Part shown: positions 51,278-60,089 of the stretch, in pieces
Layout of the letters: each line of letters opens with the position of its first letter
Position numbering within the stretch: the first letter of the stretch is position 1
DNA from: an uncultured Acidobacteriota bacterium
Lineage (GTDB): Bacteria; Acidobacteriota; JAQAZP01
Length of the DNA: 64,000 bases
Direction of reading: 5' to 3'
Assembly (NCBI GenBank): GCA_963836075.1
Contig: CAWIIB010000001.1
Span: 448,001-512,000, forward strand
Translations under genes and position numbers: made by a program
Notes under the pieces: generated by a model
Seen by the model: the letters and a program-made list of their open reading frames with translations, nothing else
The model's database searches: none
Told to the model about the DNA's origin: nothing

Positions 51278-51448
51278 GTCATCGTGAGGAGCAGGCGAAG
51301 CCTGCGACGTGGCGATCTCTCCGTCAGAGATATTGTCGCTTTGAGACTGCCGCGTCGCCCGCTTCGCGGGCTCCTCGCAGTGACAGTGTTGGCGCCGTTC
51401 CTTCAACTGACTTCCCGCGGCCCCCGAGGGTCGGGGGCTCACAATGAC
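51278..51448. repeat. REP-like palindromic element of the GTCAYYGYGAG...CTCRCARTGAC type (one doublet plus a partial unit)
   Basis: GTCATCGTGAGGAGC-hairpin-GCGACGTGGCGATCTC ... GAGACTGCCGCGTCGC-hairpin-GCTCCTCGCAGTGAC, then CCCCCGAGGGTCGGGGGCTCACAATGAC. Confidence 0.75.
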
Positions 51449-51554
51449 AGATCGGCGTGATTATAGCCGATCTGCAGCCAGGTGGTAGGGCAAGGCTCAA
51501 TTGACTGAATTTGTCCGACTCTTTATACTTTCGAGCCTGACTCAAGGGAGCAAC

Positions 51555-53126
51555 ATGAGCATAGCGGAAGACTTGAAACAGAACCTGCCGCGGGAGTGGC
51601 CCAACCCGTCTCCGGATCCCGACCTGGTGATCGTCTCCCCCTATGTCGACCACATCGCCTACGGTGTCCGCTCTCTCTCCTCGGTGTTGCGCAGCCGCGG
51701 TTTTTCCACCAGACTTATTTTTCTGCCGCATCTGCAACCGGTGGAAAACCTGGAGTTCGATTTCTACCGCCCATACAGTGCGCTCGTCCTGGACCAGTTG
51801 GCCGATCTCTGCCGACAGGCGCCCTTTGTCGGCATCTCCTTGATGTCCAATAACTTCGCCCAGGCGGTTCAACTCACCCGCCACCTGAAATCGCACACGC
51901 CGTGCCAGGTGATCTGGGGCGGCGTGCACCCCACCGTCCGGGCTGAGGAATGTCTCGAACACGCGGACTACGTCTGTGTCGGCGAAGGCGAGGAGGCACT
52001 GTCCCGCTTCATGGAACTGCACCGCTCGGGGGGAGACCCAGCCGACGCACCAAATTTCTGGTCCCGCCGTGACGGTGAGCTGGTGCAGAACCCGGTGCTG
52101 CCCCTGATCGAGGATCTGGACAGCCTGCCGCTGCAGGATTTTACCCTCGATGACCACCACGTGCTCTCCCCTGACGGCGACGGGATCATCCCGGTGGACG
52201 AGCAGGTCTTCCGGGACATGTCCCTCCGCGGGCTTCACCTGGGAGGGGGAGATGCGGTCTTTCAGGTGATGTCCACCCGGGGGTGTCCCCACGCCTGCGC
52301 CTACTGTTTCAACTCGTGGCACAAGAGCCTCTACCGCGGGCAGCAGCAGCTCCGGCGACGGAAGGTGGCCAACGTGATTCACGAATTGGCCTATTTCCGG
52401 GAGCGCTTCCCCTACATCGGGATCATGGCGCTGACCGATGACAGTTTTCTCTCTGCCGACAGTCAGTGGCTCACCGAATTCACCCGGGAGTACAAGGAAC
52501 GGATCGGCCTGCCCTTCTACTGCCTGGTGAGCCCGGTAACCCTTGATGAGCAGAAGTTCGAGATGCTGCTGGATGCCGGGTTGAAAATCGTGGAGATGGG
52601 AATCCAGACCGGCAACAGCGATGCGCTGCGACGATACAACAGGCGCATCACCAATGAGCAGATTCTCGAGGCCGCCGGCACCCTGAACCGCTTCTCCGGC
52701 CGGTTCCTGCCGCCGATCTACGACATTATCCTTGATGACCCCCTGGGGGAATACGCCGAGGCGCTGGACACCATCGGCCTGCTGCGCCGGATGCCGCGGC
52801 CCTATGTCCTGCACATCTTTTCGATGACGCTCTTCCCCGGCACGGCACTCTATAAAAGGGCGGTGAAAAAGGGAATTCTCAGCGCCGACGATCTCGAGGA
52901 GCGGGTCTATCGCAAGATCACCAGCCTCTCGTCGGACCGCTACCTCTATTTGCTGATCAAGCTGTTCAATCGCCCCTACGTGCCGGTGAGTCTGATCGCC
53001 TTTCTCGCCTCGCCGCCGCTGCGGCTGATTTTCGACCACCTCTGGTTCCCCAGGCTCATCGCCCTGTCCCGCCGGCTGTTTCGGGGTCTTGGCTGGCGAA
53101 CCGTCAAACCGGTACAGGCGAATTGA
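51555..53126 (+). CDS. B12-binding radical SAM protein
   Basis: AYGVRSLSS, IWGGVHPT, VGEGEE, DLDSLP, STRGCPHACAYC, DDSF, MGIQTG; GGAG SD. Confidence 0.9.
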   Translation: MSIAEDLKQNLPREWPNPSPDPDLVIVSPYVDHIAYGVRSLSSVLRSRGFSTRLIFLPHLQPVENLEFDFYRPYSALVLDQLADLCRQAPFVGISLMSNNFAQAVQLTRHLKSHTPCQVIWGGVHPTVRAEECLEHADYVCVGEGEEALSRFMELHRSGGDPADAPNFWSRRDGELVQNPVLPLIEDLDSLPLQDFTLDDHHVLSPDGDGIIPVDEQVFRDMSLRGLHLGGGDAVFQVMSTRGCPHACAYCFNSWHKSLYRGQQQLRRRKVANVIHELAYFRERFPYIGIMALTDDSFLSADSQWLTEFTREYKERIGLPFYCLVSPVTLDEQKFEMLLDAGLKIVEMGIQTGNSDALRRYNRRITNEQILEAAGTLNRFSGRFLPPIYDIILDDPLGEYAEALDTIGLLRRMPRPYVLHIFSMTLFPGTALYKRAVKKGILSADDLEERVYRKITSLSSDRYLYLLIKLFNRPYVPVSLIAFLASPPLRLIFDHLWFPRLIALSRRLFRGLGWRTVKPVQAN

Positions 53127-53137
53127 GAGGAGTTGTC

Positions 53138-54547
53138 ATGTTCCCGGAAACGGCAGGTGTTGACCACGGACTGATGCAGAAACTGCTGCGCAGTTCGCTC
53201 TCCCGCGGCGGAGACTTTTCCGAACTCTATTTCGAGGAGAGCCGCTCCGGATCCATCGCCCTGGAAGAGGGGATCATCAAACATGCCGGCCGGCAGGTCT
53301 TTCGCGGGCTGGGTGTGCGGGTGGTGATCGGCGAGCAGACCGGCTACGCCTACACCGAGGACCTCTCCATGGCGGCCATGGAAAAGGCTGCGCTCACCGC
53401 CGCGGCCATCGCCCGCGGCACCACGGGCCGGGAGATCCCCGAGGTGTCGGTGGGCCGGGCCCAAGGCCGCTACCCGGTGGAGATCCCCCCCGCGGACGTG
53501 GACGTGGACCGCAAGATCGCCCTGATCCGCGAGGCCGAAGCGGCGGCCATGGCCCGGGATCCGAGGATCACCAAGGTCAATGCCAGCTTTGCCGAGACCA
53601 CCAGCCAGGTCACCGTGGCCACCAGCGAGGGGTTGCTGCTCAGGGACACCCGGCCGATGATGCGGATCAGCGTGGAAGCGGTGGCCGAGGACGGCGACAA
53701 TCTGCAGCAGGGACGCAGCTCCGGGGGCGGCCGGCTGGGCATGGAGTATTTTGACCGGGTGACCAGTGCCGTGGAGCACGGCAACGAAGCGGCTCGCCGG
53801 GCCCTGCTGCTTCTCGAGGCGGTTGACGCCCCGGCCGGACCGATGGAGGTGATCCTCGGGCCGGCGGAATCGGGGATCTTGCTCCACGAGTCGGTGGGCC
53901 ACCCGCTGGAGGCCGACTTCAACCGCAAGGGCACTTCGGCCTATGCCGGGCGGATCGGCGAAGTGGTGGCTTCACCGCTCTGCACCGTAATCGACGACGC
54001 CACGGTGGCCAACGACCGCGGCGCCCTCAGCTTTGACGACGAGGGGGTCATGGGCCAGCGTACGGTGCTGATCGAGAAGGGGGTTCTGCGCGGCTACATG
54101 CACGACCGGATCAGCGCCAGGTACTTCGCCACCGACCCCACCGGCAACGGCCGCCGTGAATCCTACAAGCACAACCCCATACCGCGGATGACCACCACCT
54201 ACATGATGGCCGGGGACCACGACCCCGAGGAGATCTTCGCCTCCACCGCCAGAGGCCTCTACTGCGTCTCATTTCTCGGCGGCCAGGTCGACATCTCCAA
54301 CGGCGACTTTGTCTTTGTCCCCTCCGAGGCATACCTGGTGGAGGACGGAAAAATTACCGTGCCGGTGAAGAATCTGACCCTCATCGGCAACGGCCCGGAC
54401 GTGATGACCCGGATCACCATGGTGGGCACCGACTTCGGCACCAGCGACGGCATGTGGACCTGCGGCAAGGGGCAGAGCGTTCCGGTGGGCGTCGGCCTGC
54501 CCACAGTGAAGATATCGGAGATTACCGTTGGCGGCAGCGCCTTTTAG
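53138..54547 (+). CDS. tldD: TldD metalloprotease subunit
   Basis: GLGVRV, LLHESVGHPLEADFNRKG, DDEG, TGNGRRESY..P.PRMT, CGKGQSVPVG. Confidence 0.9.
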   Translation: MFPETAGVDHGLMQKLLRSSLSRGGDFSELYFEESRSGSIALEEGIIKHAGRQVFRGLGVRVVIGEQTGYAYTEDLSMAAMEKAALTAAAIARGTTGREIPEVSVGRAQGRYPVEIPPADVDVDRKIALIREAEAAAMARDPRITKVNASFAETTSQVTVATSEGLLLRDTRPMMRISVEAVAEDGDNLQQGRSSGGGRLGMEYFDRVTSAVEHGNEAARRALLLLEAVDAPAGPMEVILGPAESGILLHESVGHPLEADFNRKGTSAYAGRIGEVVASPLCTVIDDATVANDRGALSFDDEGVMGQRTVLIEKGVLRGYMHDRISARYFATDPTGNGRRESYKHNPIPRMTTTYMMAGDHDPEEIFASTARGLYCVSFLGGQVDISNGDFVFVPSEAYLVEDGKITVPVKNLTLIGNGPDVMTRITMVGTDFGTSDGMWTCGKGQSVPVGVGLPTVKISEITVGGSAF

Positions 54548-54557
54548 GGAGAACAGC

Positions 54558-55904
54558 GTGGATCTTGAACGTGGCAAACGACTGGCCCGGGACACGGTGG
54601 AACTGGCCAAGGCCAAGGGCGCCGACAGCGTCTCGGTGACCATGGCCCGCAACGAGGAGTTCAGCGTCTCGGTGCGCCAGGGCGAGATCGAGCTGCTGAA
54701 CCAGGCCGGGGCCAGCTACCTCGAAGCGGAGGTCATCGTGGGGCAACGATCCTCCACGGTGCACACCTGCGACCTGGGCGAGCCCTCCATCGCCGGACTG
54801 CTGGACGAGGCCCTGGCCCTGGCCCGGCACACCGAGCCCGACGAGTTCAACACCCTGCCCGACCGGGACGAGCTGGGCGCCGCCACGGTTGACCTCGACC
54901 TCTTCGACACCCGGGTGGAGCAGACCACGGTGGAGGAGAAAACCGCCGTGGCCCTGGAGATGGAAAAGGCGGCCCTGGCCGCCGACCCGCGGATCATCCC
55001 CGACTCGTCTTCGGTGGGCAGCACCCTGATCCTGCTGGCCCGGGCCAATTCACTGGGCTTCTGCGACGGCTACCGCAAGACGTCCGCCGCCCTGTCGCTC
55101 AGCTGCGCCGCCGAGGACCGTGGCAAGGGCGGTGAGCAGAACACCGGCCGCAAGCAGTCCGCTTCGTGGTACTCCGCCGACCACCACTGGGGCGATCTGG
55201 AAGCCCCCGGCGACGTGGCCCGCACCGCCGTGGAACGGGTGCTGCGCAAACTGGGTGCGGTGAAACCGAAGACCCAGGTGGTGCCGGTGGTCTTTGACCC
55301 GCTCACCGCCGCCTCCCTGGTCAGCACCCTGGCCTCGGCGGCCAGCGGCGGCCGGGTCTACCAGAAACTGACCTACCTCGCCGGGCGGCTGGGCCAGCGG
55401 GTGGGCTCGCCGGCACTGACCATGGTGGACGACCCGCTGATCCCCCGGGGCCACGGCAGCCGGCCCTTCGACGGCGAGGGCGTCCGCTCGCGCCGCAACG
55501 TGGTGCTGGAGGCCGGCCTGCTGAAACAGTATTTCCTCGGCACCTACTCGGCGAACAAGCTGGGGATGAAAACCACCGGCTCCAGCGGCGGCACCTCGAA
55601 TTTTCACCTGTTGCCCGGCGACCACTCACCCGAGGAGATCATCGCCTCGGTGGACAGCGGGCTCTACATCACGTCCCTCTCCGGCCAGGGCACCGACCTG
55701 GTCACCGGAGACTACTCCCGCGGCGCCCAGGGACTCTGGATCAGTGGGGGAAAACTCTCCCACCCGGTGAGCGAGCTGACCATCGCTTCCACCCTCGACG
55801 CCATCTACAACGGTATACTGATGGTGGGGAACGATCTGCGGTTTAACCGCAGCGTGGTCAGCCCCACACTGAAGGTCGAGCAGATGACCGTCAGCGGCAG
55901 TTGA
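54558..55904 (+). CDS. pmbA: PmbA/TldE subunit
   Basis: DDPLIPRGHGSRPFDGEG, VTGDYSRGA, PVSELTIA; adjacent to tldD and lacks HExxH. Confidence 0.85.
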   Translation: MDLERGKRLARDTVELAKAKGADSVSVTMARNEEFSVSVRQGEIELLNQAGASYLEAEVIVGQRSSTVHTCDLGEPSIAGLLDEALALARHTEPDEFNTLPDRDELGAATVDLDLFDTRVEQTTVEEKTAVALEMEKAALAADPRIIPDSSSVGSTLILLARANSLGFCDGYRKTSAALSLSCAAEDRGKGGEQNTGRKQSASWYSADHHWGDLEAPGDVARTAVERVLRKLGAVKPKTQVVPVVFDPLTAASLVSTLASAASGGRVYQKLTYLAGRLGQRVGSPALTMVDDPLIPRGHGSRPFDGEGVRSRRNVVLEAGLLKQYFLGTYSANKLGMKTTGSSGGTSNFHLLPGDHSPEEIIASVDSGLYITSLSGQGTDLVTGDYSRGAQGLWISGGKLSHPVSELTIASTLDAIYNGILMVGNDLRFNRSVVSPTLKVEQMTVSGS

Positions 55905-55941
55905 ACCGGCTGGCGGCGCGGCAAAAACCAGGGGGCACATC

Positions 55942-57345
55942 ATGTTCCGATACCTCACAGCCGGAGAATCCCACGGCAAGGGCCTGACGCTGATCATCGA
56001 CGGTCTGCCGTCCGGCGTATCCATCGACCTGGACCGGATCAACCGCGAGCTGTCCCGCCGCCAGTGGGGCTATGGCCGCGGCGAGCGGCAGAAGATCGAG
56101 AAGGACCAGGCCCTGGTCTTCTCCGGTCTCCGTTTCGGCGAGACCATCGGCGCCCCCATCACCCTGCACATCCCCAACCTCGACTGGAAGAACCACCGCC
56201 GCACCATGTCCACCGAACCGCTGCCCAAGGGCAGCACCACCTCGCCGGAGATGACCGTGCCGCGCCCCGGCCACGCCGACCTGGCCGGCTGGTACAAGTA
56301 CGGCCGCCGGGACCTGCGGGACATCTGGGAACAGTCCAGCGCCCGGGACACCGCCGCCCACACCGCAGCCGGCGCCATCGCCCGGCAACTGCTGGAGCAG
56401 TTGGGCGTGCGGGTGACCAGCCACACCATCCGGGTGGGCAAGGCGGGCGTGGAGGCCCCCGACGAAGTGACCCTGGAGCAGGCGGAAGCCATCCCCTCCC
56501 GCTCGAGCTTTCGCTGTGCGGACAGCATCCTCGAGAAAGTGATGGAGTCCCAGGTGGACCGGGCCGCCAAGGCCGGGGACACCCTGGGCGGGGCCTTCCA
56601 GGTGCTGGCCAACGGGGTCTGCCCCGGCCTGGGCCGCATCTCCCGCGACGGCCTGGCCATGGACGCCCGTCTCTCCAGCGCGCTGATGTCGATCCCCTCG
56701 GTGAAGGGGGTGGAGGTGGGCTACGGTGTTCGCGGCGTCCTGGCCGGCCTCAGCGGCAAGCACTTCCACGATCCGATCACCCGCGAAGCGGGATGCAAGG
56801 CCATCACCCGCGGCTCCAACCACGCCGGGGGCATCGAAGGCGGCCTGACCAACGGCGAGCTGATCCGGCTCACCGCCTACGTCAAGCCGATCTCCACCCT
56901 GGGCCAACCGCTGGAATCCATCGACCTGCAGACCGGCAAGGTCAGGCCGTCGGAATCGCCGCGCTCTGACGTCTGTGTGCTGCCCGCCGCCGGCGTGGTG
57001 GGCGAAGCCGCGGTGCTGCTGGTGCTGCTGGAGGTCTACCTGGAGACCTTTGGCGGGGACACCATTGAGGAGATGGTGGGAGCGTATGAGGCGCACCTGA
57101 AAATGATCGAGGAGCGGTTGCCCTCAGCAGTGGTGGCGCCTGCACCTGAACCCGCAGCAGCAGTCCCGGCGGTGGAGCCGGTGGTGCAGAAGGAGCCTGA
57201 ACCTGTTCCGGAGGTGAAGCAGGGGGCGGCACCCGTTGTGGAGGAGACGAAGGCTACTCCGGTTGTGGAAGTTTTGCCGAAGCCGGAAGTGAAGCCGACT
57301 GGGCCATATTACCTGCCCACGGGCCGCCCGAAGCCTCACCGGTAG
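55942..57345 (+). CDS. aroC: Chorismate synthase with Pro/Glu/Val/Ala-rich C-terminal extension
   Basis: TAGESHG, RRQ.GYGRG.R, PRPGHAD, SSAR, GDTLGG, SN.AGGIEGG.TNG, KPISTL, RSDVC. Confidence 0.9.
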   Translation: MFRYLTAGESHGKGLTLIIDGLPSGVSIDLDRINRELSRRQWGYGRGERQKIEKDQALVFSGLRFGETIGAPITLHIPNLDWKNHRRTMSTEPLPKGSTTSPEMTVPRPGHADLAGWYKYGRRDLRDIWEQSSARDTAAHTAAGAIARQLLEQLGVRVTSHTIRVGKAGVEAPDEVTLEQAEAIPSRSSFRCADSILEKVMESQVDRAAKAGDTLGGAFQVLANGVCPGLGRISRDGLAMDARLSSALMSIPSVKGVEVGYGVRGVLAGLSGKHFHDPITREAGCKAITRGSNHAGGIEGGLTNGELIRLTAYVKPISTLGQPLESIDLQTGKVRPSESPRSDVCVLPAAGVVGEAAVLLVLLEVYLETFGGDTIEEMVGAYEAHLKMIEERLPSAVVAPAPEPAAAVPAVEPVVQKEPEPVPEVKQGAAPVVEETKATPVVEVLPKPEVKPTGPYYLPTGRPKPHR

Positions 57346-57360
57346 AGGCACAACGTTATA

Positions 57361-57726
57361 TTGAGTTCAGCGGCATCCAGACACAATCGGCAGGCGCCCT
57401 ACTGGGCGGCCGGTCTGTTCATCTTCTGCGCCACCGGCCTGGCCACCATCTGGGTCGATGGCGGGCCGTTCTGGAAGGGCTACGTGCTGGACATGGTGGG
57501 ACCGGCCTGGAACTACATCCTGATTCGTGGACTGTTCACCTCCTGGGTTGACAACGCCTGGACCCGCTTCTTCACACCAACCAGAACCGTGATCATCTTC
57601 CTGCTGGTCAGCTTCGCCATCGAGGGCGCCCAGTATTTCGAGCTGTATGACGCCACCTTCGACCCGTGGGACCTGGTGGCGTATGTCTCCCTGCTCGTCC
57701 CTCTTTATCTGCTCGACCGGACCTGA
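57361..57726 (+). CDS. Small membrane protein, DUF2809-like
   Basis: Hydrophobic helices; IEGAQY and TFDPWDLVAY motif. Confidence 0.55.
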   Translation: MSSAASRHNRQAPYWAAGLFIFCATGLATIWVDGGPFWKGYVLDMVGPAWNYILIRGLFTSWVDNAWTRFFTPTRTVIIFLLVSFAIEGAQYFELYDATFDPWDLVAYVSLLVPLYLLDRT

Positions 57727-58037
57727 TCCGGGCCCGTTCATCACTCGTACGGCATTTCCGGATTGTTCGTTAACCCGCGCCTTTCCCCCTGATAGGGTCA
57801 CTATCAGCAACGTATAGCAGTGGTTTCCCAACACGATGGCTGACCGGAGATGAGGCACATGGCTCCTCCCTGCCCGGTGCAGGATGAGTTTGACTCCTCC
57901 CTGGTCAGGCCACCCTTTTCACTGGAAGTTCAGCACGAAGACACAACTGGTTTCTCCATCCGGAGTATCTTGATGCCAGGGGGGGTGGGTTGCCCTGTGG
58001 CGGGACTGACCTTGAAGGATGAGCAGGCAGGATCCGC

Positions 58038-58685
58038 CTATTGCTCTTCCCCCGGGTCAATGGTGGTGTAGTTGAAGTAGTTCGCTGTTTTCCTGGAAAA
58101 GAAAAGTGAGGTGACGGTTAGTTCGTTATTCTTGTTAATGCCGGGAAAATCAAGACAGAAGAAATTCTGGATCAGGTAGACGTACGCATCCATATTCCAT
58201 GTCCCGTTGTCGAGGACGATCCGGGCGTCTTCCTTCATCTTCTCCGCAACAAATTTACTGAATATCCCCCGGGGGATGACACGAGGGTTATTGTCGATGA
58301 CAACGTAGTCGCTTTCCCGGACACGATTGATGAACTCATCGTCACTGAAAATGGAATTGGGTTCATAGTGCCGCAAACAGACGTTATCGGGTATTTCATA
58401 ATTGCTGTTCAACTCGGTTACCCACTCGGTATCATGCTCATAACTGCAGACTTCCTTGAAGTGGGATGCCCAGTAGATGGTTGAATCCCCCGATCCGATT
58501 TCAAGCAGGGTCTTTCCACTCAGATTTCTGTCCGGATGGGTCAGATAGTCAACGAATCCATGAGTCAGCAGCGGGTATGGCTGGTCTCCCATTTCCTCCT
58601 CCAGTGCACATCGGGTAAGCGGCAAAAGCTCTCGCTCAATCGGGCGGGAAGTAATATAAATCATCATCGTCAAAAGATTGGTCAT
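58038..58685 (-). CDS. Putative SAM-dependent methyltransferase
   Basis: PYPLLTHGFVDYL, LLEIGSGDSTIYW, SYEHDTEW, VVID, IVLDN; AT-richer codons; true start may be about 58667. Confidence 0.7.
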   Translation of the reverse strand: MTNLLTMMIYITSRPIERELLPLTRCALEEEMGDQPYPLLTHGFVDYLTHPDRNLSGKTLLEIGSGDSTIYWASHFKEVCSYEHDTEWVTELNSNYEIPDNVCLRHYEPNSIFSDDEFINRVRESDYVVIDNNPRVIPRGIFSKFVAEKMKEDARIVLDNGTWNMDAYVYLIQNFFCLDFPGINKNNELTVTSLFFSRKTANYFNYTTIDPGEEQ

Positions 58686-59628
58686 AGAACCGATTGCTCA
58701 TTGCGTTGGGTACGTTCCTCGCCTGGGTGACGCAATTGCAGTCCAGCACATTGAAGGAGTAATTTCTATCGATGACTTCCTTCATCAATTCTTCGACCAA
58801 CCCGCCATCATCCAGCATGATGTGTGAGGAATCCCCGGAGTAGAGGACTGCCGTGGGGTCGCTCTTTTTTATGGCCTGCAAGGTTTTTTCGTCCTGGATC
58901 TTGACCTGACAAAGATTGATATGATGCACGCCGATTTCTTCGGAAATCCGCAGCATTTCAAACAGTTTCTCCCTGTTCTTCGGCCAGACCGCGATTTCAA
59001 TGCTGACCGAATCGATGACCTTCGCGGCCTTTTCCATACGCTCGTACACCCTGTCGGAAAAACCATCCGCCGCGACATTGACTCGAAGGTCATCGATCCT
59101 GATGGCGGCAAGCCTTTCGATATACTGGTCACTGAGCAACGTGCCGTTGGTATAGACTTTCGCATACCCCCTGCGGTGAGTCACCCGGGGTTCAAGTTCA
59201 TTGATATAGAAATTCTGTGCCGCTTCTATCATGCCAATGTACAGTAAGGGTTCCCCATTGCGATAGTGATTGTAAATCATCGTGTGCCGGGAAAGATCAA
59301 AATGCTTTTTCTGGTGAAGATAGTCGAAGATCATGCGGTTCTTCCATTCCGCGGACAAGGTGTATTCCTCGATGGCTTCAAACTTTGAATCAAACTGCTG
59401 GACGACATCAAAGCAGTAGAGACACTTCCTGTTGCAGACATTCGGAAATTTGTTGTCTTCATATCCGAACACCATCTGTTTACTGCTGTAACAATATTTG
59501 CACGTTATATGAAGCGGTCCGATATGGGCCACGCCCCCGCCCAGGGACAGTTTGTATTTGTCCGAATAGCGTGACATTTCCAGTTGCCTGTTAAACTTTG
59601 CGATCAGTGCATCCTGCAGAGTATTCAT
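58636..59628 (-). CDS. Radical SAM protein (COG2108-like, extra N-terminal CxxC)
   Basis: GPLHITCKYC, CNRKCLYC, GEPLL, VYTNGTL...IDDLRVN; GGAGGAG SD; lower GC than the flanks. Confidence 0.8.
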   Translation of the reverse strand: MNTLQDALIAKFNRQLEMSRYSDKYKLSLGGGVAHIGPLHITCKYCYSSKQMVFGYEDNKFPNVCNRKCLYCFDVVQQFDSKFEAIEEYTLSAEWKNRMIFDYLHQKKHFDLSRHTMIYNHYRNGEPLLYIGMIEAAQNFYINELEPRVTHRRGYAKVYTNGTLLSDQYIERLAAIRIDDLRVNVAADGFSDRVYERMEKAAKVIDSVSIEIAVWPKNREKLFEMLRISEEIGVHHINLCQVKIQDEKTLQAIKKSDPTAVLYSGDSSHIMLDDGGLVEELMKEVIDRNYSFNVLDCNCVTQARNVPNAMSNRFYDQSFDDDDLYYFPPD

Positions 59629-59855
59629 TGCAATTTTTTTGACTCCTCCCCGCCCATCGGTCGATGGTGGAGAGAAGTGGATCCTTCTGCTTGGCCGGCC
59701 GGCCGGCCGGTTGTTTTTATCGTGGTCACCGCGCCGTAAATAATCTGCCGGGTGTTGTCATAATCTACTGCGGCTCAAGGCCTGAATTTCGTTCGTGAAG
59801 TCATGGGCACAGAGACCTTCATGGATGCCCAGGCCCCAATACCAACGACTAACTC

Positions 59856-59884
59856 ATTATACATCCAACATTTACTGCCGTCCA
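59856..59884 (-). promoter_or_regulatory. Probable promoter of the radical SAM-methyltransferase cassette
   Basis: Minus strand TGGACG-17 nt-TATAAT, about 225 nt upstream of ATG 59628. Confidence 0.45.
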
Positions 59885-60089
59885 ACCCTGTTGCCGGCGA
59901 CTGGAACAGCCAGGCACTCTGCGCTGATATGATCATAATTCACAGGGAGTTGATCTGATGCGTGTCTCGCAACCAGAAGAGTTCGTCGGGTGGTGGGAAG
60001 CCGTCTCCTCCATCAGGGACGGCAATCCCCGAGAGGTCGAGGGGCTGATCGAACGGATTCACCCCGACGGGCGGTCTGCTGTTTACTCC

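Noticed and set aside
57801-57809. Selenocysteine readthrough (Cys-TGA-TAG) at the end of the tiny ORF
   Set aside because: No recognisable SECIS element, and the ORF itself is unproven
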